Virus record (IMG/VR): IMGVR_UViG_3300047409_000439
Span: 1-63,781 of that record
Length of the DNA: 63,781 bases
Source: a virus
Lineage: Duplodnaviria > Caudoviricetes
Reading direction: 5' to 3' (one strand)
The notes under the pieces are model-generated. The model was not told the DNA's origin. It did not search any database and was given only the letters and a program-made list of their open reading frames with translations. Of this stretch, positions 46,984 to 56,304 are shown piece by piece (positions within the stretch are counted from its first letter, which is position 1; the number at the start of each line of letters is the position of its first letter). The position numbers were made by a program, and so were the translations under genes.

Positions 46984-47544
46984 CTATCTCCCTGCACTCG
47001 GGTTGAGCCAAGATCGTACTTTGCGGGAATCGCTCCCCGATTGCTGTAAAGGGAGATTGAATTTTCCCTGCCATGCCGCCCAGGCGCGCATGACCGCACC
47101 CGTGCCAGGGAAAAGGTCGATCAATTCGTCTTCAGGCCGAGCGGCGGCGAGTTCGAAGGCCCAATGGCATACCTTCTCAGGCTTAACCCCTGTGAGCCCG
47201 CGCTTCATCGTAATCGGCTCCATGATCCAGTCGCGCATCACGAGGCGCTTGCTGACGACCGGCTTGCGGAGCGCTTTGATGTAAACCGGCTCCCAGGCAT
47301 AAGCGACGGACACGTTGCGCTTGAAGGCGGCGAACTGCTTGACCCAGATGCCTTTACGCGCCCCGGCCTTGCTCATCAGCGGGGCCAGGATTTCCTCGCT
47401 ATGATTTGCCGCAGACGCATGCAGAACCCAGCCGTCGAAATTCGCCTCAAGCCGCTTGACCAGAGCAATATGATCGACCTCGCGCTTCTCGACGTAGAGA
47501 TGAGCACAACCGATATAAGGCGGGTCGGCGTAACCTAAACGCAC
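46984..47544 (-). CDS. Small DNA amino-methyltransferase (N6A/N4C type)
   Basis: Catalytic ADPPY at the N-terminus; SAM-binding DLFPGTG near the C-terminus; KP motif. Confidence 0.75.
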   Translation of the reverse strand: MRLGYADPPYIGCAHLYVEKREVDHIALVKRLEANFDGWVLHASAANHSEEILAPLMSKAGARKGIWVKQFAAFKRNVSVAYAWEPVYIKALRKPVVSKRLVMRDWIMEPITMKRGLTGVKPEKVCHWAFELAAARPEDELIDLFPGTGAVMRAWAAWQGKFNLPLQQSGSDSRKVRSWLNPSAGR

Positions 47545-47865
47545 TCAACCTCGCTTCCGGGGCAGGATCAAGGCCAAGAACAAGCCAATCGAAAAGCCGC
47601 AGATCGAATCGATCATCAGCGTCGTGTTATTCAGCAGCATCCAGCTTCTCCAATTCCTCCTTGGTCAATATCCGGCGCAAGGCGACGAGCTTATTCAACG
47701 CCTTCATCTCCTTCAACCGTTGATAATACCATCGCGCCAGCTTCAGATTGAGCTGTTCCGGGGTATCGGCCTTGCGCAGCAGCTCCAGCACGCGGGCCGC
47801 CGCATAGATCGGACCCCAACCCAGCGCGACGATATGGTCCCAAGGCGGCATCGGAGGGTTTGTCG

Positions 47866-48768
47866 TCATTCGAACGCTTCCGGCAGCGGGGCGCAAGCCT
47901 CGCTCATCAGCGTCTTGCGATACTGCTTCCAGCCGACGTAATTTCCATGCTCGTGCGGGGCTGCCCATCTCGCCGTCATCTCGAAATAGCGGTCGGGCGT
48001 CGCCTGATGCTCCGCCGGGCTGGCATGGATAGGCTGGCTGCCGACCAGCCTCTCGTACAGCTTGAGGTCTTCCGCGACCGTGCTGCGCTGGCCGGTCTCA
48101 TAGCTTTCATACGAGACCCTGGCACAGCGCGCGACGCTGACCTTGAGCAGAACATCCTTATACGATGGGACCATGTCCGTCATGCCTGCGAAGGCTTGGG
48201 CGACGAACCTCTCGTCCTCCAGCTCGATGAACGGCAGATGCCATTGCCCTAGTTTCAGCTCCTTCGGCTGGCTCGCCTTGCGGGCTTCCCATATGGCAAG
48301 CGCCAAGGCGCGCATCTCCGGCTGGGCGTCCCGATGCAATCTCAGGCCGAAGAAATTGTCCCATTCCGTCGCGCTGGCGATGACGTTGATATGGCTGAAC
48401 GGCTCCAGCAAACGGTTGACGATCTGCTTATGCAAGCCCTGCCGCTCGAACGCCTCCGCCATCTCGACGGCATGAATCGCCGCCTCCTTCCAAAGCACCT
48501 TGCAGAACGCCGGGTCCTCGTGCTCCTCGACGGCCTGCATGCCTTTCTGGTTCTTGCCCCAAAACACCGGCTCGGCCCGCAGCGCGTCCTGCTCGACCTC
48601 TGCGATCAGCTTATGGACCGGGATCGCCCGGCTGCTGCTGGCGTTGCGGGACAGCATCCGATGGGTCATGAACTCGCCATGGATGAATTTGGGATAGCGC
48701 AGCTTGCACGTCGTCAGCCGCTTGCCCTGCGCATTGACGCTGTCGCAGATCACGGTTGCCTCGATCAT
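47866..48768 (-). CDS. thyX: Flavin-dependent thymidylate synthase (Thy1/ThyX)
   Basis: EFMTHRMLSRNASSSRAIP, HKQIVNRLLEPF, AQPEM, SVARCARVSY, HASPAEH. Confidence 0.9.
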   Translation of the reverse strand: MIEATVICDSVNAQGKRLTTCKLRYPKFIHGEFMTHRMLSRNASSSRAIPVHKLIAEVEQDALRAEPVFWGKNQKGMQAVEEHEDPAFCKVLWKEAAIHAVEMAEAFERQGLHKQIVNRLLEPFSHINVIASATEWDNFFGLRLHRDAQPEMRALALAIWEARKASQPKELKLGQWHLPFIELEDERFVAQAFAGMTDMVPSYKDVLLKVSVARCARVSYESYETGQRSTVAEDLKLYERLVGSQPIHASPAEHQATPDRYFEMTARWAAPHEHGNYVGWKQYRKTLMSEACAPLPEAFE

Positions 48769-49048
48769 AAACGGTCGAACGCCCTCCATAGCATAGCGAC
48801 GATCAGAGCAATGCCCAGCAAGGTCACGACGGCGAGGCCGATGTCTTCCAGCATGGTTGTCCTCAACTCCCGTAGAGGGCGGCAATGATGGGGTTGCCCG
48901 TTTTCAGCGCGTCGTGCTTCGGAAATTCCTCGCGCATGCACTTGTCACAAACCAATCCGAGATGCTGAAAACGCTCGCCAACCATGAGTTCGGTTGCCGA
49001 ACCGCTGATGATCTTGAAACAGAATTCACAGACTGGAACGTAAGCCAT

Positions 49049-49258
49049 TTACGCCTCCTCTAAATTGCAATATTTGGCCGCAGCTATCAGCTCTTGGATT
49101 AGCTCATTTACTTCAGCGCGGGATTGCAGCACGCTCCTGCGGTCGTCCATGATGACATAAACCCCCCAAGGCCAAACAACGCCCTTTTGGTTTTCCGCCG
49201 TAAGTTTGACAGCTTCCGTTTTGGACACTGCCGAAACATCGATGTAGTCTCCCAGCAT
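49049..49258 (-). CDS. Hypothetical protein
   Basis: GGAGG RBS; short ORF. Confidence 0.45.
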   Translation of the reverse strand: MLGDYIDVSAVSKTEAVKLTAENQKGVVWPWGVYVIMDDRRSVLQSRAEVNELIQELIAAAKYCNLEEA

Positions 49259-49512
49259 TATCTAATCCCTCCAAAAGAAATGGCCAATTATGATACCCAG
49301 ACCGAATACCCCGATGACCAAGAGGGTAAAAATGAGCATGTTATAACACTCGTTCATCTCCATATTGTCGCTAAGACAGGCATAGCTTCCTCGATCTTGA
49401 TCCGCAGCGCCTTCATCTTGGCAGCCCGCTTATGATCTGATGACCAGTGCCATTCCTCATTCAGCAGCAAGGCGTAGACAATCTCACGCCATTCGTCCTC
49501 GTCGAGGTCCAT

Positions 49513-49947
49513 CTACGCCTCGAAATACTTGCGCCGGACCTCGTCCGCATGCGCCCTGCCGCGCACGACGCCCGCGTCCTTGACCCCGACCATGTCCGGC
49601 GGCGGTAGAGGAATATCCTGCTTGAGCGGACGCCAAAGATGCAGACAGTTCGGATGGTTGTTGACGTAACTGCTTTCGGGCGGATGCAATTGCATGACGG
49701 CCTCCTCGGGCAGCCAGAACAAATCTTTGACGAAACACATTTCCCGCCAATTGGGCATGCGCCTCTCCAACGAGACACTGACATGCTCCCAACCCTTGCC
49801 GACGCCGGATATCATACGCAAGACCATGCCTTGATAGATCGCCATGAAGCAGCCGTTGTTCGTGCCGGTCGCGGCCCGCCCGACGATGTCGATCTCCAAT
49901 TCCCGATGGCGCAGCCGTTCCAAGGCTTCATTGGGGGCGGGCCTCAT
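49513..49947 (-). CDS. Conserved phage protein (WEHVSVS...HPNCLHLW family)
   Basis: WEHVSVS, PNWREMCFVKDLFW, YVNNHPNCLHLWRP. Confidence 0.75.
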   Translation of the reverse strand: MRPAPNEALERLRHRELEIDIVGRAATGTNNGCFMAIYQGMVLRMISGVGKGWEHVSVSLERRMPNWREMCFVKDLFWLPEEAVMQLHPPESSYVNNHPNCLHLWRPLKQDIPLPPPDMVGVKDAGVVRGRAHADEVRRKYFEA

Positions 49948-50231
49948 GCACTCTCCTTGCCCCCTTGAATGAGCTTGAGCTGTTTATTGCTCAAAACCGG
50001 CTGGCCGGTCGCGGTCCAAACCGGATTGCGCGATACGCCCAGCACGGAGAGCACGCAATCGGCGGTGATGTTCCAAGGCCGCTTGGTGTCTCCGTTCAGC
50101 CAGTTGCGGATGGTCTGAGGCCGCACGAAGGCTTTCTCCGCGACCGCGTTGATATCGGCTTTGGTCTGCTGAAAGGCGGTCCGGATCAGATCGATGACCG
50201 GGTCCTTGTCGATACGTCTATAATCCTTCAA
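49944..50231 (-). CDS. XRE/Cro-like HTH protein
   Basis: VAEKAFVRPQTIRNWLNGDTKRP; TTG start after AACGGAG RBS. Confidence 0.7.
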   Translation of the reverse strand: MKDYRRIDKDPVIDLIRTAFQQTKADINAVAEKAFVRPQTIRNWLNGDTKRPWNITADCVLSVLGVSRNPVWTATGQPVLSNKQLKLIQGGKESA

Positions 50232-50496
50232 TGCTGTTCTCCGTTTGCATATTTCCATTGGGCCAAAGCAGACCATACCGAATTCTATTGGGCCAAAGCA
50301 GACCATCCCGGCATGACCATTCCAGCACGCACAAATCCCCGCCATCGGTAATCATGAGGCGGGTAACGCTGCCATGCTGGCTCATCTCCCGCGCCCGCGC
50401 CAACGCTACCCCCAAGAGGACGTGCCGCCGCTCGGCGCGATACTTATCGGACCTGTCCCAAACATAGAGGCTGTACTCGGCTTCTTGCTTCGTCAT
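50218..50496 (-). CDS. Hypothetical protein with duplicated GLLWPN tail
   Basis: ACGGAG RBS; ITDGGD. Confidence 0.55.
   Translation of the reverse strand: MTKQEAEYSLYVWDRSDKYRAERRHVLLGVALARAREMSQHGSVTRLMITDGGDLCVLEWSCRDGLLWPNRIRYGLLWPNGNMQTENSIEGL
50257..50306. repeat. 20-bp direct repeat, 30-bp period
   Basis: ATTGGGCCAAAGCAGACCAT at 50257 and 50287. Confidence 0.85.
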
Positions 50497-50723
50497 TGTT
50501 TTCTCCGTTTGTCATGAATTGGATTGCGGCATTTTGTACCCTTCTGAAACGACCAGCCGCAAACCGGACATTCCATCCAGCAATCGCATGCGCCATGCCT
50601 TGCCCCGCAAACCGTGCAGGACAACATCGAGGTATCGCCGCGCAGGAAATTGGCCAAGGCATCCATTCCCTCCTGCTGGGACGGTGCGGGCTTTTGGCTT
50701 TTGCGGGGCGGTCGTCCTGTCAT
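50493..50723 (-). CDS. Small Cys-rich (Zn-ribbon) protein
   Basis: CTVC, CDC, CPVC, CRNPIH. Confidence 0.55.
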   Translation of the reverse strand: MTGRPPRKSQKPAPSQQEGMDALANFLRGDTSMLSCTVCGARHGACDCWMECPVCGWSFQKGTKCRNPIHDKRRKQ

Positions 50724-50971
50724 GCGTATAAAGCCTTCGCGGCCCAGCTGATCGATTGCTCCAAGGCGGTTACCGCCAAGGCGATATAGCGTGCTCTACG
50801 CGCATCGCTCGGCGGCAAACTCCGGATCAGGTTTTCCAGCTCGGTTGCTCTTAAAACCAAACTCGTCTGAACCGACTGTTCTTGAGGCAGCAACTCCCGT
50901 GTATTCAAGCTGAAGCGAATCAAAGGATTGGAAAGGTCGGTGCTGAACCGGGCATCGAAGGTATCGGGCAT
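50720..50971 (-). CDS. Acb2/Tad1-like helical-hairpin protein (putative nucleotide sponge)
   Basis: REL..QEQ...RATELENLI...RYIALAVTALEQSISWAAKAL. Confidence 0.55.
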   Translation of the reverse strand: MPDTFDARFSTDLSNPLIRFSLNTRELLPQEQSVQTSLVLRATELENLIRSLPPSDARRARYIALAVTALEQSISWAAKALYA

Positions 50972-51025
50972 GGCGGCGTTCCTTTCACATTTTGCCTAAC
51001 TGAATCAAACATACTAGGGCAGGTT

Positions 51026-51054
51026 TTGACAGCGCTTTCCGGCTTCGCTAGGCT
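51026..51054 (+). promoter_or_regulatory. Sigma70 promoter
   Basis: TTGACA-17 bp-TAGGCT. Confidence 0.7.
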
Positions 51055-51059
51055 CGCTG

Positions 51060-51335
51060 GTTCGTGCATTGTCTGGCGCTAAGCGGACGGGGCAATGCGC
51101 ACGGAGCCGGTCCTACCGAAGGCTAACGCAGCATAGGACCTAGAGCAGGAGCGGAAGCTGGTTATGCTCGATTGCTGCGACCCAGGTTTGATCTGGGGAA
51201 AGAAACCGGCAAACGAGGGCATCAGACGAACCTCGTGCATCTGAGAACGCGACGCATCAAAGTCTGTTTTCGCGTTGCGTAGCTCCTCCTCCTGGTCTCC
51301 TTCGTCTAGGACACCGGGCTGGAGGAGCTATGCAT
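51060..51335 (+). ncRNA. Candidate structured ncRNA or leader
   Basis: Six consecutive hairpins directly after the promoter, with G-U pairs favouring the + strand; no ORF. Confidence 0.4.
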
Positions 51336-51494
51336 CATCCTCCGCTCTGCATGGGTTTATGGCTTGGGTTAGGGTTAGAACTAGCCTAGAGCTGAATTGA
51401 AGTTCAGCTTTAGTCATTTGAACTTCAAAAGCCGGAATTGCGTCCTAAGCCCTGGGAGTATGTTCAGCTTAGGGCTTAGGAAACCATACAGGAT

Positions 51495-52007
51495 ATGGAA
51501 AAGACGGAATTTGAAAAATTGACCTCACGGCTCGCGGAGCTGAGCCCGGAGCAGGTCACCAGTCTTTTGCAGCGCATCCGTCTGCTGCATAAACGTTCAA
51601 TAGACAACAACGCGGAAACCCTGCCGGGCGAGGATTGGCTGCTGCAAGGCATCGTCATCAAGCTCAAGCGGGCGGGGCTGCTCTCCGAGGCAGGCATGCC
51701 CGTGCTGCTGCGCTCGAAAGGCTATGCCGCCTATCGCAAGCGTTCCGTGCAGCTGCGCCAGGACCTCGACGGCCTGCTGGCCAAGCACAGCAACCGCTCC
51801 GCTGCCCGCTTGCTGCTCGCCGGTCTGGTCGCTTCGGCCCTGCTCGGCTGGCTCGCCGCCCGCCGCATCCCGGCGACGCCCAACCTGCTCCTGCTCAACG
51901 CGGATAAAGCCTTCACCGCCTTGAGCGAACAATGGCCCGGCTACATCGAAGCCAATCTGTTCCATATCGTCGTCTCCGGCCTGCTCCAGAAAGAACCTCA
52001 AGCATGA
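51495..52007 (+). CDS. Hypothetical protein
   Basis: AGGA RBS; coupled to the next gene. Confidence 0.65.
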   Translation: MEKTEFEKLTSRLAELSPEQVTSLLQRIRLLHKRSIDNNAETLPGEDWLLQGIVIKLKRAGLLSEAGMPVLLRSKGYAAYRKRSVQLRQDLDGLLAKHSNRSAARLLLAGLVASALLGWLAARRIPATPNLLLLNADKAFTALSEQWPGYIEANLFHIVVSGLLQKEPQA

Positions 52008-52816
52008 CCCAGGACATGATCGTGCAATTCGCCGATACCGATAAAGGACCTTCCGCCTATGCGCGGCTGGCTCCCGATCAGCTGCTGCTCGGCGGCATCG
52101 ACTACACCCTGGCCAGCGACGGCCCCTTCGCGGGCGTGCCTGCCCTGAGCTTGCGCCTCGCGGGCTGCAACCGGGGCAGCAAATTCATGAACGGCTGCGA
52201 CTTCTGTGCAACCGATTTCCGCTTCGCGCGCGGCAAGCCCTTGACCTTCCGCCAGATCGAAGAACAAATGATTGAAACCTCCGGCATCTTCTCCAGCAAA
52301 CGTTTATTGGTCGTCCTCTCCGGCGGCGAGCCCATGCTGCAACCCCATCTCGTACACTTCCTGCACTATCTGATCGCGCACAACTGGAGCGACATCGTCA
52401 TCGAAAGCAACGGCGACGCCTTGGCCAAGAACTTCTCCGCCTTGGCCAAGGACCATATCACCCTGATCGTCTCGCCCCGCGCCTTCGTCTCGTACAAACT
52501 CCCGGACGAGGCCATCCTGTACGCGGCGGATTATCTCAAATTCATGATCTCGTCCGAGGCCGGTCCCTACTATGACGTGCCCTTGAGCTACGTTGCCGCT
52601 TGGTCGCACTTGAACCGCGACAGCAGCACCATCTTCGTCGCCCCCATCAACGTCTACGCCCGTCCTCTGTTGGACGAGGAAACCCCCTGGCTGTTCGATC
52701 AGACCGTGCTCGACATGGGCAAGACCCGCATCAATTACCGCCGCGCCGCTATCCTGGCCAAGGAGCGCGGCTATCGCGTCGCCTTGCAAACCCCTCTCTT
52801 TCTTGGCCTTTCCTGA
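52004..52816 (+). CDS. queE: QueE-like radical SAM protein
   Basis: G.PA..LRLAGCN, Cx9Cx2C, LSGGEPMLQ, IESNG, VSPR, ALQT. Confidence 0.75.
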   Translation: MTQDMIVQFADTDKGPSAYARLAPDQLLLGGIDYTLASDGPFAGVPALSLRLAGCNRGSKFMNGCDFCATDFRFARGKPLTFRQIEEQMIETSGIFSSKRLLVVLSGGEPMLQPHLVHFLHYLIAHNWSDIVIESNGDALAKNFSALAKDHITLIVSPRAFVSYKLPDEAILYAADYLKFMISSEAGPYYDVPLSYVAAWSHLNRDSSTIFVAPINVYARPLLDEETPWLFDQTVLDMGKTRINYRRAAILAKERGYRVALQTPLFLGLS

Positions 52817-52954
52817 ACGCAGTATGTATCCGATACGGAGGCTTGGGCCAGACCGCCCCCCGGCAACCCCGGCCTAAGCCTCCGAGAAGGGCGCTTGCCT
52901 CGCCTGACCCCAAGCCAAGCGTCCTTCGCCCCTTAGCCTCAAAGGAGCCTATCC

Positions 52955-54358
52955 TTGGACAGGTTGTCCGTGCCGTTACAGGAATCCCTGCTCGCCCTGA
53001 TCGCGACCAATTCCAAGGAAGGCAAGATCGCCGCCGGGCTCCTGAGCGCCGAACGCTTCGACGCCGCGTACAGCGAATTCGCTTCCCGTCTCATCGCCTA
53101 TCATAAGAAATACGACAAGGCTCCCGGCGTCGCCCATCTCGACGATCTCGCCGACGACATTCTGTCCAACGATAAGCACAAACAGCATAAACAGACCATC
53201 CGCACCATCGAAGGCATCCTGAACAACGCCGCGAGCTTGAACCCGGCCTTCCTGCTGTCCAAGGTCAACGAGTTCGACGACACCCAGAGATTGAAGACCG
53301 CGCTGTTGGAGGCAAGCGAACGCTATCAGAACGCCGACGCCTCCCGCGTCAGCGACATCCGCGCCATTCTCCAGCAGAGCTTGAAGCCGTCGCTCGACAA
53401 TACGGGGCAGGGCGTGTTCCTGTCGGAGCATCGCAAGACGTTATCGTTCCTCGACAAGCAAGGCGTCGCGTATCTGACCGGGATACCGGAATTCGACCGC
53501 AACAATTTCGGGCCGCGCGCCGGGCGCATCTGGCTCATGATCGGACCCAAGGGCTGCGGCAAGAGCTGGTTCTGCATCGACGCGGGCAAACGCTGCCTGA
53601 TGCAGCATGCCAAGGTCGTCCATTACACGCTCGAAAACTCCTGGGAGGAAACGGCGGGACGGTATTATCAGAGCTTCTTCGCCATCGCGCAAAAGGACGA
53701 GCGCATCACGACGACCAAGATGGAGCTGGACGCGCTCGGACGCATCGTCAAGGCCCAGCCGGAAAGCCATGCTCCGGTCTTGAGCCTGAGCGACGCCGCC
53801 ATCCGTTACAAACTCAGCAAGAAGATACGCGAACAAAGCCCCCGCTTCGGCAATCTGTTCATTCAGGAATTCCCCGCCGGGTCGCTGACCCTCGATCAAT
53901 TGGACGCGCATCTCGAATGGCTCGAACTGGTGCATAACTTTGTTCCCAACGTCCTGATCCTGGATTATCCGGACTTGATGAAGCTACCGGGCGAAGACAA
54001 GCGCATCGCGCTCGGCAACACCTTCGTCGCCTTGCGCGGGCTGTTGCAGCGCCGCCAGCTCTGCGGGATATTCCCGACCCAGGGCAACCGCTCCTCCTTG
54101 AACGCCAAGACCGTGCAGACGAGCATGATCTCGGAGGACGTATCGAAGATATTCACGAGCGACATGGTCATGCTGTACTCGCAAACCCCCGCCGAGCAGG
54201 CGCTCGGCTGGGCGCGGCTGACCGTCGCCAACAACCGGGGCGGCAAGGACAAGTTCACCGTCGTCGTGTCGCAAAGCTACCCGACCGGGCAATTCGTGCT
54301 CAGCAGCGCCCGCATGGGCACCAATTACTTCGACCTCGTGCCGGACCCCGGAGCATGA
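52955..54358 (+). CDS. dnaB: Replicative DnaB-like helicase
   Basis: GPKGCGKS, YTLE, LDYPDLM, TQGNR, ISED, NNRGG. Confidence 0.85.
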   Translation: MDRLSVPLQESLLALIATNSKEGKIAAGLLSAERFDAAYSEFASRLIAYHKKYDKAPGVAHLDDLADDILSNDKHKQHKQTIRTIEGILNNAASLNPAFLLSKVNEFDDTQRLKTALLEASERYQNADASRVSDIRAILQQSLKPSLDNTGQGVFLSEHRKTLSFLDKQGVAYLTGIPEFDRNNFGPRAGRIWLMIGPKGCGKSWFCIDAGKRCLMQHAKVVHYTLENSWEETAGRYYQSFFAIAQKDERITTTKMELDALGRIVKAQPESHAPVLSLSDAAIRYKLSKKIREQSPRFGNLFIQEFPAGSLTLDQLDAHLEWLELVHNFVPNVLILDYPDLMKLPGEDKRIALGNTFVALRGLLQRRQLCGIFPTQGNRSSLNAKTVQTSMISEDVSKIFTSDMVMLYSQTPAEQALGWARLTVANNRGGKDKFTVVVSQSYPTGQFVLSSARMGTNYFDLVPDPGA

Positions 54359-55911
54359 ACATCCATCCCGATTCGATCCGCGAGTTCCTGAGCCGGACCA
54401 GGGACGCCCATGACGGGCTGAAACGCCTGCCGGAAGCCCGCCTGCGGCAGGAACTGGCCGACCTGGGCTTTGCCCCCGCCCTGCGGGCAAGGCCGCTCCT
54501 GACCCATCAGACGGTCTGCGCGCTGCTCGGGATCGCCTATCCCGCCTTTGCCTTCTGGCTCGACATGGGGCTGGGCAAAAGCAGGCTGGCCCTGGAGCTG
54601 ATCCGCTACCATGTCCAGAAGGGCGAAATGAAGGGGGCGCTGATCCTGGTCAAGTCCGACGCGGCGGTCATCACCTGGGAAGACCAGATCGCGGAATGGG
54701 GCTTCGATCTGCCCTACCGGCTGCTGCTCAAGGGGACCTCGTCGAAGGACAAATGGACGGCCCTGGAAGGGTTCGAGGAAGGCGTCATCATCGGCTCCTA
54801 TGGCGGGGTCACGCGCATGCTGACCAAGCCCGGCCTGTCTCCCAAGGGCAAAGGCAAGCTGGTCTTCGACGAGCCCGCGCTCAAGCGCATGCGGGGCCTC
54901 GTCCAATGCCTCGTACCCGACGAAGCGACGATGCTGGCCAACGCCGATTCGCTGATCTCGCGCCTGTTCCATCAATTGCGCAAATCGGCTCCCTTCTGCT
55001 GGCAGCTCGCCGGTATCCCGTTCGGGCGCGATCCCGCCATGATGCACCGGCAGCTGTACTTGATCGACCAAGGCGAAACCCTGGGCGATACGCTGGGGCT
55101 GTTCCGCGCCGCGTTCTGCAAGGAGACCAAGAACCGTTTCGGCTTTTCCGAATATGTCTTCGACCGGACGAAGGAACAGCTGCTGCATAAGATCGTCAAG
55201 CATCGCAGCATCTCATACAGCGAGGCGGAATGCCTCGACCTGCCGAGGGTCGTGCAAGCCCGCGCCCGCGTCCATCTCCCGGACGAGGCGACGGCGTATT
55301 ATGCCCGCTTCATCGCCGAGATACGCAAGAGCAAAGCCTCGTTCCAAGTACGCAAGAACGCCTTCATCCGGATGCGTCAGATCAGCTCGGGTTATGTCGG
55401 CTTCACGGACGATCTGACCGGCGAGCGCTGTGAAATCGAATTCGCCGTCAATCCCAAATTGGAGCGCTTGCTGGAGCTGGTCGAGCAAGTCCCCGAGGAC
55501 CGCAAGTTCGTCATCTTCTGCGAGTACATCCATTCCGGGCGCTTGATCTGCGACGGCTTGACCAAGCTCGGCATCGGGCATGACTGGCTCTATGGCGGCA
55601 CGGCGGATTTGCGCCAGCTCAACGAGCGCTTCAATCATGATCCGAAATGCCGGGGCCTCGTCATCGGCCATAAGGTCGGGGCATATTCGCTGAATCTTCA
55701 GGCGGCGAACTATGTCTTTATCTTCGAAGCGCCGGTCTCGCCCATCGACGACCGGCAAATGCGCAAGCGGGTCGCGCGCCAGGGCCAGACCCGCGTCGTC
55801 TTCGAAACCGATCTGCTCTGCATTGGCACCGTCGATGACCGCATCCTGGCGTTTCATCGCCAAGGCCAATCGCTGTTCGACGCGATCATCAAGGACCCCG
55901 GCATTCTATGA
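54355..55911 (+). CDS. SNF2-family helicase
   Basis: DMGLGKS, PDEA, MRQISSG, NPKLERL, SLNLQAAN, RVARQGQ. Confidence 0.88.
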   Translation: MNIHPDSIREFLSRTRDAHDGLKRLPEARLRQELADLGFAPALRARPLLTHQTVCALLGIAYPAFAFWLDMGLGKSRLALELIRYHVQKGEMKGALILVKSDAAVITWEDQIAEWGFDLPYRLLLKGTSSKDKWTALEGFEEGVIIGSYGGVTRMLTKPGLSPKGKGKLVFDEPALKRMRGLVQCLVPDEATMLANADSLISRLFHQLRKSAPFCWQLAGIPFGRDPAMMHRQLYLIDQGETLGDTLGLFRAAFCKETKNRFGFSEYVFDRTKEQLLHKIVKHRSISYSEAECLDLPRVVQARARVHLPDEATAYYARFIAEIRKSKASFQVRKNAFIRMRQISSGYVGFTDDLTGERCEIEFAVNPKLERLLELVEQVPEDRKFVIFCEYIHSGRLICDGLTKLGIGHDWLYGGTADLRQLNERFNHDPKCRGLVIGHKVGAYSLNLQAANYVFIFEAPVSPIDDRQMRKRVARQGQTRVVFETDLLCIGTVDDRILAFHRQGQSLFDAIIKDPGIL

Positions 55912-56240
55912 CGTTCCAAGTCATCTATGACGCGGCGCTGGCGCAGCGGGTGCAGGACCTCGCCGCTGCGGGCTGGTCGGCGGGCAAGATCGCCAAGCTG
56001 CTCGGCAAGACCCGCAGCAGCGTCGCTTCGTTCTGCAAGCGCCATCAGATCAAGCTGCATGGCCGTCCGCCCGGACGGGTGAAACCGCCGCCCCCGCCCG
56101 AGCCGCTCGCCATCTATGCGCAATGCCTTTGGCCGGAGCCCTGCGAGGGCTTACGCGAGAACAGCAAGAAGCCGTACTGCAAGGAGCATAACCGCCGCGC
56201 GTATGTCCCGCCCAAGCTGCATGACATACCCAAAGTCTGA
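55908..56240 (+). CDS. gcrA: GcrA-like cell-cycle regulator
   Basis: HTH GWSAGKIAKLLGKTRSSV; C-terminal CLWP...KPYCKEHNRRAY. Confidence 0.8.
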   Translation: MTFQVIYDAALAQRVQDLAAAGWSAGKIAKLLGKTRSSVASFCKRHQIKLHGRPPGRVKPPPPPEPLAIYAQCLWPEPCEGLRENSKKPYCKEHNRRAYVPPKLHDIPKV

Positions 56241-56243
56241 CGC

Positions 56244-56273
56244 TTGACAAGCTAACAGAGTATCTCTTATAAC
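56244..56273 (+). promoter_or_regulatory. Early promoter/operator P1
   Basis: TTGACA AGCTAACAGAGTATCTCT TATAAC. Confidence 0.85.
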
Positions 56274-56304
56274 TCTCCTCGTTGAACAACAACGGAGAGA
56301 ACAA

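Noticed and set aside
51366-51378. Telomere-like GGGTTAGGGTTAG
   Set aside because: Only two units; no protelomerase or other support
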